64,000 bases of DNA from Lama glama (GCA_028534125.1 CM052816.1:87236001-87300000), one strand, 5' to 3'. Positions 39,901-52,680 are shown, numbered from the stretch's first letter. Program-made: numbers and translations. The notes: generated by a model from the letters alone, not told the origin.

Positions 39901-40498
39901 CAAACTGATAAATTTCTACATAACAACAACAAAAATCAACAAACTGAAGAAGCAATCTATGAAATGAGATAAAATATTAGCAAACCATATTATCTGATAA
40001 GAAGTTAGCAGATACGAGTCTCATACAACTAAATAACAAAAAGTCAGATTTTTAAAAAGGGCACAGGGCTTGAATAGACACTTTTCCAAAGAAGACATGC
40101 AAATGGCCATAAAAAAGTGCTCAACATCACCATTACCAGGGAAATGCAAATCAAAACCACAATGAGGTTATCACCTCACATCTGTTAAAATGGCAGTTAT
40201 CTAAAAGGCTAGAGCTAACAACTGCTAGTGAGGATGTGGAGGAAAGAGACCTTTGCACCTCGTGGGAATGTGAATTGGTAGAACCATTATGAAAACAGTG
40301 TGGAGGTTTCTCAAAAATTAAAAATAGAGCTACCATATGATCCAGCAATTCCACTTCTTCACATATATCCAAAGGAAATGAAATCGTTATCTAGAAGAGA
40401 CATCTGTATCCCCATGTTCATTGCAGCATTTTTCAAACAGCTAAAACATGGAAACAACCCAAGTGCCAATGAATAGATGAGAGCATGAGGAAAATGTG

Positions 40499-40556
<58 letters not shown>

Positions 40557-40915
40557 GATGGAATATTATTCAGCCTTAAAAAGGAAGGGAATTCTGCAAT
40601 ATGCTGTGCTCTGGATGAACCTTGAAGAAATAATGCCAAATGAAATAAGTCAATCACAAAAGGACAAATACTGTATGATTCAACTTACTGAAGAACTAAG
40701 ACTAGTCAAAATCATGTAATAAGAAAGTGGTGTGGTGGTTGCCAGAGGAGTTACTGTTCAGAGTTTCAGCTTACAAAATGAAAAGAATTATGGAGATGGA
40801 TGATAGTGATGGTTGCACAACAATGTGAATGTATTTAATACCATGAAAATGTATGTTTAAAAATGGCTAAAATGGTCAATTTTATGTTATGTGTATTTTA
40901 CTACAGTAAAAAGAA
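36984..40915 (+). mobile_element. 5'-truncated, decayed L1 (L1MA/L1MB age): ORF2 from endonuclease through RT and C-terminal domain, plus 3'UTR; inactive
   Basis: Start resembles EWIKKQDPTICCLQETH...HRLKVKG...[24 protein letters not shown] at about 38301. The RT motif reads SADAMI instead of FADDMI at about 38976. [20 protein letters not shown] at about 39544. L1MB-type 3' end. Many stops and frameshifts. Confidence 0.95.
40499..40551. repeat. (TG)n(TA)n microsatellite expanded inside the L1
   Basis: Direct reading. Confidence 0.95.
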
Positions 40916-41260
40916 ACATAAAGCAAATTAATTTCTCTATAACTTTTAAAACCATGAAAATGGAAACACAATAAAAGAACTATGCTCATATTGAAGAGTT
41001 GATATGAGAATGAAAAAAATTATATTTGTAAAGTAAAGCAAAGGCCTGATGCATAATGAATAAAACATAATTACCATCATGTTTATTGACAATTAGATTT
41101 GAGTGTGTTCACCCTATGATAACAGGAAAAATTCTGCTTTGCACAATACTGAAAAAATGATGAACTATATGTTGACTTTTTTTACTAAATGTCTGGAACT
41201 GTATTGTACCTCACATTTATAAATTAGTTCCTGGAAAGAGTTCACATTTATTTTCTGACT

Positions 41261-41760
41261 NNNNNNNNNNNNNNNNNNNNNNNNNNNNNNNNNNNNNNNN
41301 NNNNNNNNNNNNNNNNNNNNNNNNNNNNNNNNNNNNNNNNNNNNNNNNNNNNNNNNNNNNNNNNNNNNNNNNNNNNNNNNNNNNNNNNNNNNNNNNNNNN
41401 NNNNNNNNNNNNNNNNNNNNNNNNNNNNNNNNNNNNNNNNNNNNNNNNNNNNNNNNNNNNNNNNNNNNNNNNNNNNNNNNNNNNNNNNNNNNNNNNNNNN
41501 NNNNNNNNNNNNNNNNNNNNNNNNNNNNNNNNNNNNNNNNNNNNNNNNNNNNNNNNNNNNNNNNNNNNNNNNNNNNNNNNNNNNNNNNNNNNNNNNNNNN
41601 NNNNNNNNNNNNNNNNNNNNNNNNNNNNNNNNNNNNNNNNNNNNNNNNNNNNNNNNNNNNNNNNNNNNNNNNNNNNNNNNNNNNNNNNNNNNNNNNNNNN
41701 NNNNNNNNNNNNNNNNNNNNNNNNNNNNNNNNNNNNNNNNNNNNNNNNNNNNNNNNNNNN
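41261..41760. other. Assembly gap, exactly 500 N
   Basis: N run counted from line coordinates. Confidence 0.99.
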
Positions 41761-43897
41761 CCAGGAGGAAAATCATAGAAATATAAGCCAAATGCTATGA
41801 GTATTTTCTTTTCAATTATATATTTAGAGAAATGTAAAAGTGATGGTATTTAACGCCTGAAATAAAAGCTGTCGGGAAATATGTCAAGGTTTTACTTTTG
41901 TTTTTTTATTTTACTTTGTGTATTCCAGATTTTTAAATCATAAATTTGAATTTGTCAAAACAAATACACACTGGTAAGACTTCTAACTATAAGATAATTT
42001 CAAACCAAAATGTAGTCTGTGTTTTATGGGTTGAAAAAATAGTTTCATTTGCTATTTCTAAATCTTAAAGATCACTCATCTAAAGCTATTTTCTAAGCTG
42101 CCATGATACCTGTGTATGTGAATTGATCATGATTACTAAATAGATAGTTATAAATATGAGATATGGCATTGGGTTCTGGCTTTAATGAAGTGAAGACTGA
42201 AGACATATAGCTTCATAACTTATTAATGAGGATATATCAGGAAATATAAATTCAGGGAGCTGGTAATAATTTTAAATTAACTTAACTCATCAGACTTTTC
42301 TAACAAATGTAGGCTATATCAAAAGACTAAGAACAGATCATACACACACACACACATACACACAAAGACACACACAAACATTTTTAACAATTTTGACTGA
42401 AGTCCTGGGAATAAACGTTTGCAAAAAGGTTACTGTATTCTGTAAGTACACATTATTTTCTCCTTTTTATTTACATAAGCTAATAATAGATTAGACAGAT
42501 AGACAGATGATAGAAGTTCTGTATAAACTGAATGCCAAAAACTTCACAAAATTAAATGTCCAAAGCATCTCAGTAATAATTATGGTCAAAGTTGGAATGA
42601 CATGTGTGCTATGTAAACAAATAAAAAAGATTTTGGAAAAACACAGATCATGTTTTGCTCATTCTAGTCTAACTGTACAACTTATAATATTAAAAATATT
42701 AAAAACTAAGGCTAAAAATATATTAATGAAATATTTATTACAGTACTTAGAAAAATATCTAAAATTCCTTATTTAATTAAGGACATACAACCTACTTAGT
42801 CAAAATATATCTGATATTCTTAGAAACATTGTAAAAACAAAAGCAGTTGATTATACTTCATCATATTGCAGGTTATTAAAATGAAGTCTATTTTCATTGT
42901 CAATGACAAGAGTCTACCATTACCTTTGAGGTAATGCATGTATGTTAATGTATTATAAATATGAAAATAAATATTGCTAATGGTAGATATTTTTTGTTGA
43001 GCTTTTTTATATTCCTACTTGTACATGTTTAGAAATTGTATTTCTATTATTCTCTGAAGATTAAATTTTAAAAATATACATTATTTTAACTTGATAAATT
43101 CTTATATAGCACTTAGAATCATATAATATTGGATTCATATGTTAGCTGTATATAAAAATAATGCTTTGATTTTCTACATTTATATGTGTTTGTAAGATAC
43201 AGTCATGAAAATAAATGCTGTAAATACACTCTCACTGGCTCATAATAGAATATAAAATATTTTTACTTTACATTATATTATACAAACGTTTTTAAGAGTC
43301 TCTACCTGTAATATCTCTTCTTGTAACATATGCAGAACACATCATTAAAATTTTGGATTTAATTGGAGGTAAACAAACTGGATTCAACCCCCACGCCCAT
43401 ATAATATCTTATCTAATTGTGAATGTTTTATGATGTGATGTGATGCAGTCTTCTCTTCATCAAACTGAATAATAATTGTGGTTTTTATCGGATAAGTCAA
43501 CATATCTATTGGTTTTCTTAATTGCACCATAAATATATTTTAGTTGGGTAGGCAGAAAATGATTTATTAATAGGTACAGAGAATGCCTAGGGTCTGAGTT
43601 TCCAGAAAAAACTCCCCAAATGTTAAGGTGGTAATGGGCTGCTGAGGGAAGGAGCACCCTGTGCCCCACCTGTTGCAAGTGTGCATCAGTTCTGAAACAG
43701 AAGGCTTTGGATGCTGCAGATTGAAGTTGCCCAAATCGTGTCTGTAAAGTACTGGACTCATGCTTGGTACATAGTAAGCCCACAGTAAATGCTAGTTCTT
43801 AATTCTTTTATGATCAAATAATAATATCCTTATGTGCTTCACTTGTCAATTTTGGCAGCTTACATATTTCAAAAGTGGACTCTAAAATCTCTTCTTT

Positions 43898-43943
43898 CCT
43901 TCTTTCTTTCTTTCTTTCTTTATTTTATTGAAGTATAGACAGT
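43898..43943 (-). mobile_element. Ultra-short (46 bp) L1 3' tip with a (GAAA)n tail and 12-bp TSD
   Basis: aatctcttcttt occurs at 43886-43897 and 43944-43955, flanking (CTTT)n + tattttattgaagtatagacagt. The minus strand contains AATAAA followed by an A-rich tail. Confidence 0.6.
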
Positions 43944-44029
43944 AATCTCTTCTTTTTCTTCACATTCCCCTTGTTCAACCTGAGCTCCTGAGTCCCATGT
44001 TTTTCTCTTTTATAATACATGCTTGGATT

Positions 44030-45330
44030 GATATTTTTAAATTTTATTGAGGAATAAGTAAAATAAACTACAAATATTTCAATTATACAATTTGATCAGT
44101 TTTGACATATTGGTACATCTCTGAATCTGTCACCATAAACAAGATAAAAAACATTTCTATCAAAAAAAAAAAAGAGAAAAAATAAGAACATTTCCATCGC
44201 CCATAAAACAGATTCCTCCTTACTCTTACAAATTCTCATTTCCTACCTGATCCCTTACAATCACTGAGTTGAATTTTGTCAGTGTGATTCATTTGCATGA
44301 TTTAGATTTGTATGTAAAAGGAATTATATAGAATCAACTATTTGCCTGACTCCTTTCACTCAAGATAATGATTTTTCAAGTAACCTACAAAATCTATGAT
44401 TTTGCAAGTAATCTGTTGTACATATCAACAGTTTGCTTCTTTTTATTACTGTAAAGCCCCCTATTTCATGAATGCACCGTGATTTGCTTTTTCATCTATC
44501 TGTTGATGGACATTTGGGTTCTTTATCATTTTTAGCTATTACAGATAATGTTAATATGAACATTCCTGTACAATTCTTTTTTGTGAATTATGTTTTCATT
44601 TCTCTTGGATAACTAAGAGTGCACTGACTGGATTGTGGGGATAAGTCTATCATTTTAAAAGACTGCCAAAATGACTTCAAAACTGGTTATGCCATTTTGC
44701 ATTCTCACCAGCAGTACATGTAAATTCTAGCTTATCTACTTCCTTTACAATACTTGATATGATCAGACTTTTCAACTTTAGCTAACCTAATGGGTGTATA
44801 GAAGTATATTCTAATGATATTAATTTTCATTTCCCTGATGACTAATGAAGTTTAGCATTTTTTCCATGTGTTGTTTGTTGTCCGTTTACATATGATTTTT
44901 GAGTGATGTCTTTAAAATTTTCTGCCCATGTATCATTTCTTTATTTGTCTTTATTCCTGAGTTCTAATAGGTCATTATTTTTCTTGGACATAGGTGATTT
45001 GTCCAAGATGTCTTGGACAGAAAATCTTTCCCTAGCCTATCATCTGCATTTTGGATTTCTTAAAATGTCTTTGGAATGGAAAATATCAATGAATTCTAAT
45101 TTATTAAAAGGTTGATGAATTCTAATTTACTAGTGAATTCTAATTTTTGATGCATTTATCATTTTCTAAGCTGCATGCTTTTGGGAATCTTTCAAAGAAG
45201 AACTTTTTATCCTCAGATGGCAAATATTTTCTCATATATTTTACTGCAGTTTTATTTCTTTTCATTTAACACTTTCATCCATCATACACTTTGAGTTAAT
45301 TTTGTGCACAGTGTGACTATTTCTTTTTTG
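44030..45330 (-). mobile_element. Antisense L1 3' end (L1MB/MC-like): 3'UTR and ORF2 C-terminus
   Basis: ttttattgagg...tacaatttgatcagttttgaca; ctgttgatggacatttgggtt; ccattttgcattctcaccagcag; catttccctgatgactaatga. Confidence 0.85.
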
Positions 45331-46127
45331 CCTATAATTGGTTTTCTCTATCCGTTGTTCATTTTGACTTTTTACTTTTGTGTATCTAATGATATTCAAG
45401 TGTTTTCTACTTACATATAAAAGAATAAATAGAATGGTTAACTTTAATAACTGGTAGTGCTTTTCTCTGTAGTTTGAAAATTCTTTAAACCCAGAAACCC
45501 CCCTCTCCAGAATGTGTAGCTTTGCAGAGTAAACTGGTTAAGTTTTCAGCATATTTAGACAGGCAGGATTTGCTTTTGTGTTAGTTGGTATGGTATAAGG
45601 CAGGCAATTGGTCTCAAACCAGATGTTGATGTAAGACATTTGCATTGTGTGTGAAGTATTTGCTTCCTAGAAATATTTATATTTTATTAATTCTATTTTA
45701 GAGTTATACACCCAGAATGAATGTTTAGATCTTCTCCCTCTCCATTCTCCTCTCTTGGATTCCAAATGATCAGAAATCTCCTTTCTTTTCAGATTGGCCA
45801 AACAATTTATTTGTAGAGAAGACTGATAACTTTATTCTGACATAAATATTCCCATAGGGAAGATGGTTCTGAACAAATTCGGGTCTAATCATCAATTTTC
45901 ATCAGAAAGGAAATGGTGGGGTATTACAGGTAGGGGATATATTGATGCGAAGATCTATTTCTCTCTCTCAATTTGTCCCTGACTGTCACCACTGCTGCTT
46001 ATTTGGGTGATGGTACAGAAGACCCTTTGTGTAAGGTGACCAGACAGACATTTACAACAGGAGCAGAGCATACTTATCTAGGTGTGACTCTTTATTTACC
46101 CCAGGTTTCCTACCAGACATAAGGCTG

Positions 46128-46779
46128 TGGTGCCAGTAGATGTAACTGATGCCCATGTTCTTGTCCTGTCCCAGAAAGAGTTCAGAGACAAGATGCAGAT
46201 GCTAAGAAAGTAAAGTGAGGATTTATTAAGGGGCGGATAGTAAACTTTCAAGCGGAGAGCCGGCAGACTCAGGTGAGCTGCCCTACGTTTCTTTGGCAAG
46301 TTGGTTGCATAGGGTGTAAAAATGAATGGACGGAATATTCATTGAGGAGGGAAGGGTTTGGGGTTGTATGCCCTGATTTTCATCCCTACTCCACCTTCCC
46401 AAAGGGAGGGGGGATTTTTATCCTTATTTAGTCTGATTGAGAAGTGTCATGGCGTCGGTGCATGATGGGTACTTCTAATCTGCAAGGCTAATTGTATTGA
46501 AATGAGGGCATAATGAGCAAAAGGTTACCTTCAGACACTGGAAATTCCTGCCCTTTCCCACCTTACTTTGTCGGCCTGGGCTGCTCATCACCCCAAAATG
46601 TGTGACCACTTATTGGCCCAGAGGTTCCTGCTTTTCTTTCTCTGCCCAGGGACCCCTGGTGTTTACATGATGTATGGTTTTCTGCCTTTGGCCTGTGCCC
46701 CTCCTTTCTGCTCAGTTCCCACCATTTGGCCTGTGATCCCCTTTCTCTGCTCATTTCTAGCTACCTGCCTGCTGTAACA
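46128..46779 (-). mobile_element. Relatively young solo LTR (652 bp), ERV1/gammaretrovirus-like
   Basis: TG...CA termini (minus strand tgttacagc...ggcacca). Perfect 4-bp TSD GCTG at 46124-46127 and 46780-46783. Minus-strand AATAAA at about 46222-46227. Several CpGs retained. Confidence 0.85.
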
Positions 46780-48180
46780 GCTGCACATTTTAGCCCACAC
46801 ACCTTTGGTCCTGCCAAATTTGAGAAAGGAGACCCATTCTTGATAATTCAATGTTATTCTATCCAAGAGGCTTCTATCTGTCCTGAGGAAGAACGTTTAC
46901 TAATAATCTTTGTGTTTCTAAACAGGAAAAACATTTCAAACCATGGGCATAACAGGTCCTTGAACTAAAATCAGCTTCGTAAAGTCACATGACCCTCAGC
47001 TTCCCATCTTGTTTTGGAATGTCCTCGCCTTTCAGCACTCAGAGTTCAGACACTGCCTGTACCCTCTCTCTTCCTGCAGCCTCCCAGCGCCCCTGACAGC
47101 AGCTCTCCTCCAGAGGGGAGTAAAATTTGGATATTAAGATCTCTAAATAATGTTTAAATGACTAAAATTAATTTTCATTTGGGAAAGAGAAACTCGAACC
47201 AATGGGAAAAAGCTAGATTTAGCATTAGTCTGTCACATAAACCAAGTCATATACCTAAGATATCTGTGCAGTTAAGCCATCATTTTCACTTGTGCTAATG
47301 TGACTTGATGTAGGTGTACGGAGCTACTGTAAACAGTTTGCCTTTATATTTTCTTTTTTAATTAAAAGCAAACATGAAAGCAATTATATCTATGTTTTAA
47401 ATATTTACTTGAACATCTTGTCATGTTTGCAATACACATCCAACTTCTTAATTTACTTCTTCATTAAATGCATTTGTTCTTTCAGTGAATGGGAAGTCTA
47501 CCATCAAAGATTTATGCACCCAACATGTATAAAAGTCATTTAAAAATTCTTACCTTCTAATTTTTCCCCAAAGATCTATGTTTGTTGTTAGTTCCTGGAT
47601 TGTATACCTTTTATGCATGAAAAGCACTCCCATCAGGGCACATCAGATTCCAATTTACTGATAGAAAATGCTGTGGTTTACTTGCACTCAACTTACCTCC
47701 TTTAATAACAAGTAGCTATACCTTTGGGACAATCTTCAATGAATAGAGGTAATATTTATCAACAAATACTTGAGAGAATGTAATAAACTAATTCATCAGA
47801 CTTCACAGCGTTGGCTAGCATGCTTTTAATTTTCTGGGGTGACATTAACTTTTCCACACACAGGATGCATGGATTTCTATGCACACGGAGAAGCAGGCAG
47901 CAAGTTACTCCATCAAATGCGCCTTGTAATTGAGCAATGAGGACACAGTGTACCTCATGTTGACACAGTTAGTCATTTTGCTTTTCATGCGGCACCTGGA
48001 TCTTCATCTGTTTTGTTCCATTTTTATTTTAGGGAACAAACTATAACCATGTGTACATTTTCAGTACGAGCTGCCACACAGTTGCAGAATTTTAAGGCTG
48101 GAAGAAAGCTCAGAGATTAACGCATTTAGCACTTGAGGAATTTCTAGCTGAGATTTTTTGGCAGGCATAAAGCAGCTCCA

Positions 48181-48600
48181 CGGAAGAATAATATGCGAGA
48201 TACAAAGACTTGTGTTTTTCCCGAAAGTGTTTTAGAACAGAACTTATATCCCTAAAATGTGTACTCCTACCGAGAACACCGATGGTCCCCGAGGCAGCCC
48301 TTTTGATTCCCGAGGTTCAGCGATCACTCGTAATAGATTCGCATCCATTACCATCACGGCTATTCCTGAGCTCCCCCACGACTCTTCTGGTAACAATTCA
48401 CTGAAACTGAATGTCGGGTCCCTTCCTGCGCGAGCATAAATTTGGAGCTAATACCGTGTTGCCACAGAGGCGCTCTCCGCATTAGCAGCGGTAACCGCAG
48501 CTCATACTCCGAAAGTGGCAGCTCCGGTACTCGATTTAGGTGGATATTTGCAGAGAAGTAATTTGGAATAATACAGTTTTCAATGCTTTCGTTCTCAGAA
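48181..48600. promoter_or_regulatory. Small CpG-retaining segment; candidate hypomethylated enhancer or promoter
   Basis: 24 CpGs by hand count in 420 bp at roughly 48% GC (observed/expected near 1), in a strongly CpG-depleted window. Not a repeat I recognise. Confidence 0.5.
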
Positions 48601-50395
48601 ATGATATCAATCAAACCATTGCAGCTGTGCCTCCACAGTGCTGAGTAGACATTAAGATTTAACAGTTAGTTATAAGAAGAATTAATGGGGTAGATCACAG
48701 AAGCCGTTTTATAAGGGGTCTGAAAAGAGTAGAGTCATTTTCCTTTTCACTTATTTAATCTGCACTTGACAGCTGAGGGCAGCTTCTTTGCATCGAGCCA
48801 ATTGAATTTAACACCTAATTTTTTTTTCCCCCAAAAGCATATGATTTTCTCTCATTCAAAAATTAGAGCCTAGATGACATTTTTTGGAGGGACAGATCAT
48901 CGCCAGTCTGGAATGGGGTATTTCCCAATATTTAAGGGTATTAATCAAGGACTAAAATTAAGAATTGGAAATCAATTATATACTGTTTGCTAAATATAAA
49001 TTATATACTGTATGCTAAATGCAAGTGAGGATGTGTAGTGTTATTAGACAACAAGGGTAAATGGATCACAGGTGCTGATTGGCTTTAGTGATTTTCAAAG
49101 ACAGAGTAAGAGGGAGTGAATGAGAAAGAGGAGGGATTGGCAATGGGCGTTTGACCCTAGAGTGTGATGCTTAAAGCAGATTGTAGGGGGAAACAGCAGT
49201 TTTGGGGATTCAAGGTGAGCATATAGGAATAAATAGCTGAGGCAGCACAGAAAAGGGCATCGGAGGAGATAAAATTAAAGAATTAAGAAAATGAGCTGCG
49301 GGAAGCTGATTTCTACAAATAATAAAATCAAACAGAACTGAGATAGGAGGAGGATGGAAAGAATGGTGATGGACCAGGGCTAAAATCTGCAAGAACTGAG
49401 GGGTTGACCAGCAACATGGAAAAATCCAATTCAGCACAGACTGAAGACAGGAGATTCAGAAATGCAGGCTTTTAAGTATGAGGGAGACGTGGCATTGACG
49501 AAGAGATAGGCATCTGCATTGTAAGTATAAATTTGTGATCATGGGTGTCAAGATGTACAGGACACTCTTAAAATCCAGGAAGCAAATGGTGTTTAGCAGA
49601 ATGTAAGAGTGCTTGCTTTTCCTAAATTTCTTTTTCTAATCATTTCGTCTCTTAGACCTCATTCCATCTGAGGTGTGAAAATGACTGGGGCGAGTGTAAG
49701 CTCTGCCACTGCATTCGTGATAGCTTGACCTTGTCCTCAGGCTACTTGGTGAACTGCCTGTGTTGTTTCTCCGTCAGCCTACTACCCCCCGTGCAGAAGT
49801 TAAAGGCACATTTGATCGGTCTCAATATGTATGTCTTTTGTGCAGCTTCATGGTGGGAAAGTCCATTGCTCTTAATAGTTTTACTTCCCAGGGTAGTTCT
49901 ACTTTTTCTCCTTCAAATACATTGCTCCCTAATCTCTTGAGCAGAGAGAGCAAAAAGATAATATACCAGCTACAAATACATTCAGACAAACCAGGCTGCT
50001 ATCTTCAGGCTGAACATGCTGTTCTATTCCTACTACCTCCTATTAGAAAAAAAAAAAAAGTGATGTGGGTCACTCTTCATTCACAACTAAATTGGAAGGA
50101 TTAGATATTTTTCAAAGTAAACTTAGGGGGGTTGTACAAGTCCAAACTCAGAACTCTTCTAATGAATTTGGGATCTTTTCCATGTTTGAGCTTGCTTATT
50201 AAAAAGAAACCGAGTGATACGATTAATCTCAGGTTCGATCCTCTGAGGAATATACTTAATTTGGTTAAGATGCATATGTTATAACAACTATGGTGTAGGT
50301 GATTTAGAATGGGAGGAAATAAAACATTAGATTCCAGGGGAAAACCTTAACTATTCTATACAATTCAGTGTTCCATTTCCAAGGAATTCAGCTTC

Positions 50396-51218
50396 TGTAA
50401 TACAACTGGCTACTGCACTGTTGCTGACCCTCTTAGCATCCCCTGTCCCAGCTTCAGAGTAACCACCTTCTAACGTGCTCTGCCCAGCCTCCTCCGTACT
50501 GACTAGTTTTGCACTAGCAGAAAACAACAGCCCCTTGTCTCAGGCTCACACCACACTCGCGTTGCTCTGTTGCTGCTCAAGTGTGCTTCAACATCCTCAG
50601 TTCCTCCAGATACTCATATCCCGTGTTGCAGGGTATGGGGTTCTCCCAACCAAAACCCACACAAGTCCAGCCCAAAAGTGCAGGGTGTTGACACCCACAG
50701 AGAGAATCTGTCTATTAGACAGGAGTTTGCAAATTATTTCCCCTCTTCTTTCTACTAGACAGCCCCATCCTGAAATGTAATACTTCATATGGCTCGTAGA
50801 AGACAGGCCATGGAAATATGCCACTCAACTCTCCTGCTGTAGGAAGCATGATTGACATGGCCCCAGCTGCTATGCAGGGATTCCACCACCACATCCATGC
50901 GCAGGCCACACTTTCCACAGAACCTTTTCAGGCAAAAGCAGAAAACAGCAAGGATACTAAGGCAGGCTTGAGGTGGGACTCCTCTGGTAGGTGACATCGG
51001 CTGGAGGATCACTCATCTGCCTGGACAAATGTTCCTTTGAAGTGGGTTGTAATCTGACACTCTGCCTATCCTCCTTTGGCTCCTTCAGGACCAGCATCCT
51101 ACTCTGAAGGCCCCACCACCCCACTCAGGTCCCTCCCCTTTTTCTCCCACAGTCCTTTCCCCCAGTAAATCTCCTGTGCATCTTGGTGTCTGCCTGACAG
51201 AGAACCAGAGCTAACCCA
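50396..51218 (+). mobile_element. LTR16-family 5' LTR
   Basis: Starts tgtaatac; contains cagcccaaaagtgcagggtgttgacaccc; ends cagtaaatctcctgtgcatcttggtgtctgcc...gagctaaccca. Confidence 0.6.
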
Positions 51219-52680
51219 AGCAGTACTAGGAAGAGTCCAAGGATACAGACAGAAAGAGAACTCAGGACTGGCTTACTCCTCACCCAGAGGGCTGCGACAA
51301 CACTACCCTGAATAGTACCGGGGCACAGGTGATCCCTGGCACAAGGCGGTGACCCAATTGCTAAAGGTTTTGCTACTGATGACCTAGTGAAATGCCCACC
51401 TGGAGAGAACTATCTCAGGTGCATTGATCCAGGTATTTGAAATATACAGAAGGAATCATGCCTCTGGAAACACAGGAGTTAGCTGGTTACTAAAGAATTG
51501 TTTTGACACCTTGCAGAGAGATAATGAGAGAATAAAGTGGTTAAAAACCTGCTCATGGCTAAGCATGAGAGCCAGAAGGCCTCTGGTAGCTGACAAAGAG
51601 GGCTTCATCTCCTACAGTGGAAATGTCTTCTTACAGCTGAAAAGAGGCTGGCAATTGATATTTAGAGGCACAGATCGGTAAACCATTTACTCAGGTGATG
51701 TTACACAGGCTCTAAGTTGGTGTTGATATCTAGAGACCCAAAACGTCACCATGGCCCCCTTTTCATGAGAAAGAGAGAAAGAGTTTTCATGGATTGGGTA
51801 ATAAATAGAGTCCTGGCTAATGTCCAGATCACGGTGCACACAGTGGGTGAGAAAGAGAACCCAGAGGTCATTTCCCAAGTCCCTGAAAGTAGACTGGAAT
51901 TGCTATCCTTGGCAGTTGGGAAAAACACCTACATTGGGTCCTTGTCCTTGGTGCTGGCATAGTGAACAAAGCCAAATGCAAACCTCTAAAACTACCCCTC
52001 TCCCCATTCTGGCCAACATAATAAACCAAAGACAATCCCAGAGAAATGGCAGAGATGAACACTGCCGTTAAAGACCTGCATTCAGCCCTCGTGCTGGCTC
52101 CTAGCATGTCTCCTTTTGGATCACAAGACTGGCCACACAGAAACCAGATCAGCTGTGGAGAAGGACTGTCGTTTACTGCAGACTTAACAAGTAGCATGCC
52201 TGATTACAGCCGTTGCGCCTAAGGCGGTCCTTACTGCAGAAGCACGTTAGCAAACCTGTTACACAGCATGCAGCACTGATGTAGTGACTGCATCACTTTC
52301 TATTCTCAACAGAAAATTGGATTGGAAACAGATCACATTCACAGAAATATTCACTTACAGTTGTCTTAAGGGTAGGCAATATCTCCTGCCATCTGTCACA
52401 ATATAATCCAAATATGTCTGGACTGCTTGCATATCTCGCAGAATATCACCCTGTTCTCTGGTCAGTGAACTAAAGGTTGGTCATGAACTAGTTCACTGGT
52501 GTGAACTAAAGACTGCAAGCATCTTGAAGGGCCTGGCAACACAGCCGGGCTTCAGAGGATGGGAGATAAACCCTCTGGAAATTCAGCAAACTACCTCTTT
52601 GGTGAAATTTCTAAGGACCAAGCGCATGCTGGAAATCTGTTGGAAGACTGCTTTTCACAGATCTCTCAGATTTCTACATT
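51219..52680 (+). mobile_element. ERV-L (ERV3-16A3-like) internal relic: leader and gag remnant, then decayed RT
   Basis: About 51970-52620 tracks ERV-L RT: AKCKPLKLPL, ANIINQRQ, KPDQLWRRTVVYCRLNK, SPAICHNII, QNITL, RGWEINPLEIQQTTSLVKFL. The YIDD segment is missing. Confidence 0.85.

Noticed and set aside
36984..40915. L1 ORF2 as an active or domesticated gene
   Set aside because: Stops and frameshifts throughout, a mutated RT motif, and no 5'UTR or ORF1.
41165..41791. 208-aa minus-strand ORF
   Set aside because: Consists mostly of the second N gap.
45085..45150. Three copies of tgaattctaattt, superficially like a repeat-spacer array (similar short duplications at about 19645, 33630, 35183 and 48974)
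   Set aside because: Ordinary local tandem duplications with irregular short spacing, in a eukaryotic context with no cas genes; not CRISPR.
48210..48614. Short ORFs in the CpG patch as an endogenous viral or foreign gene
   Set aside because: No recognisable motif in any frame and no TSD or junction seen; only a database search could exclude it fully.
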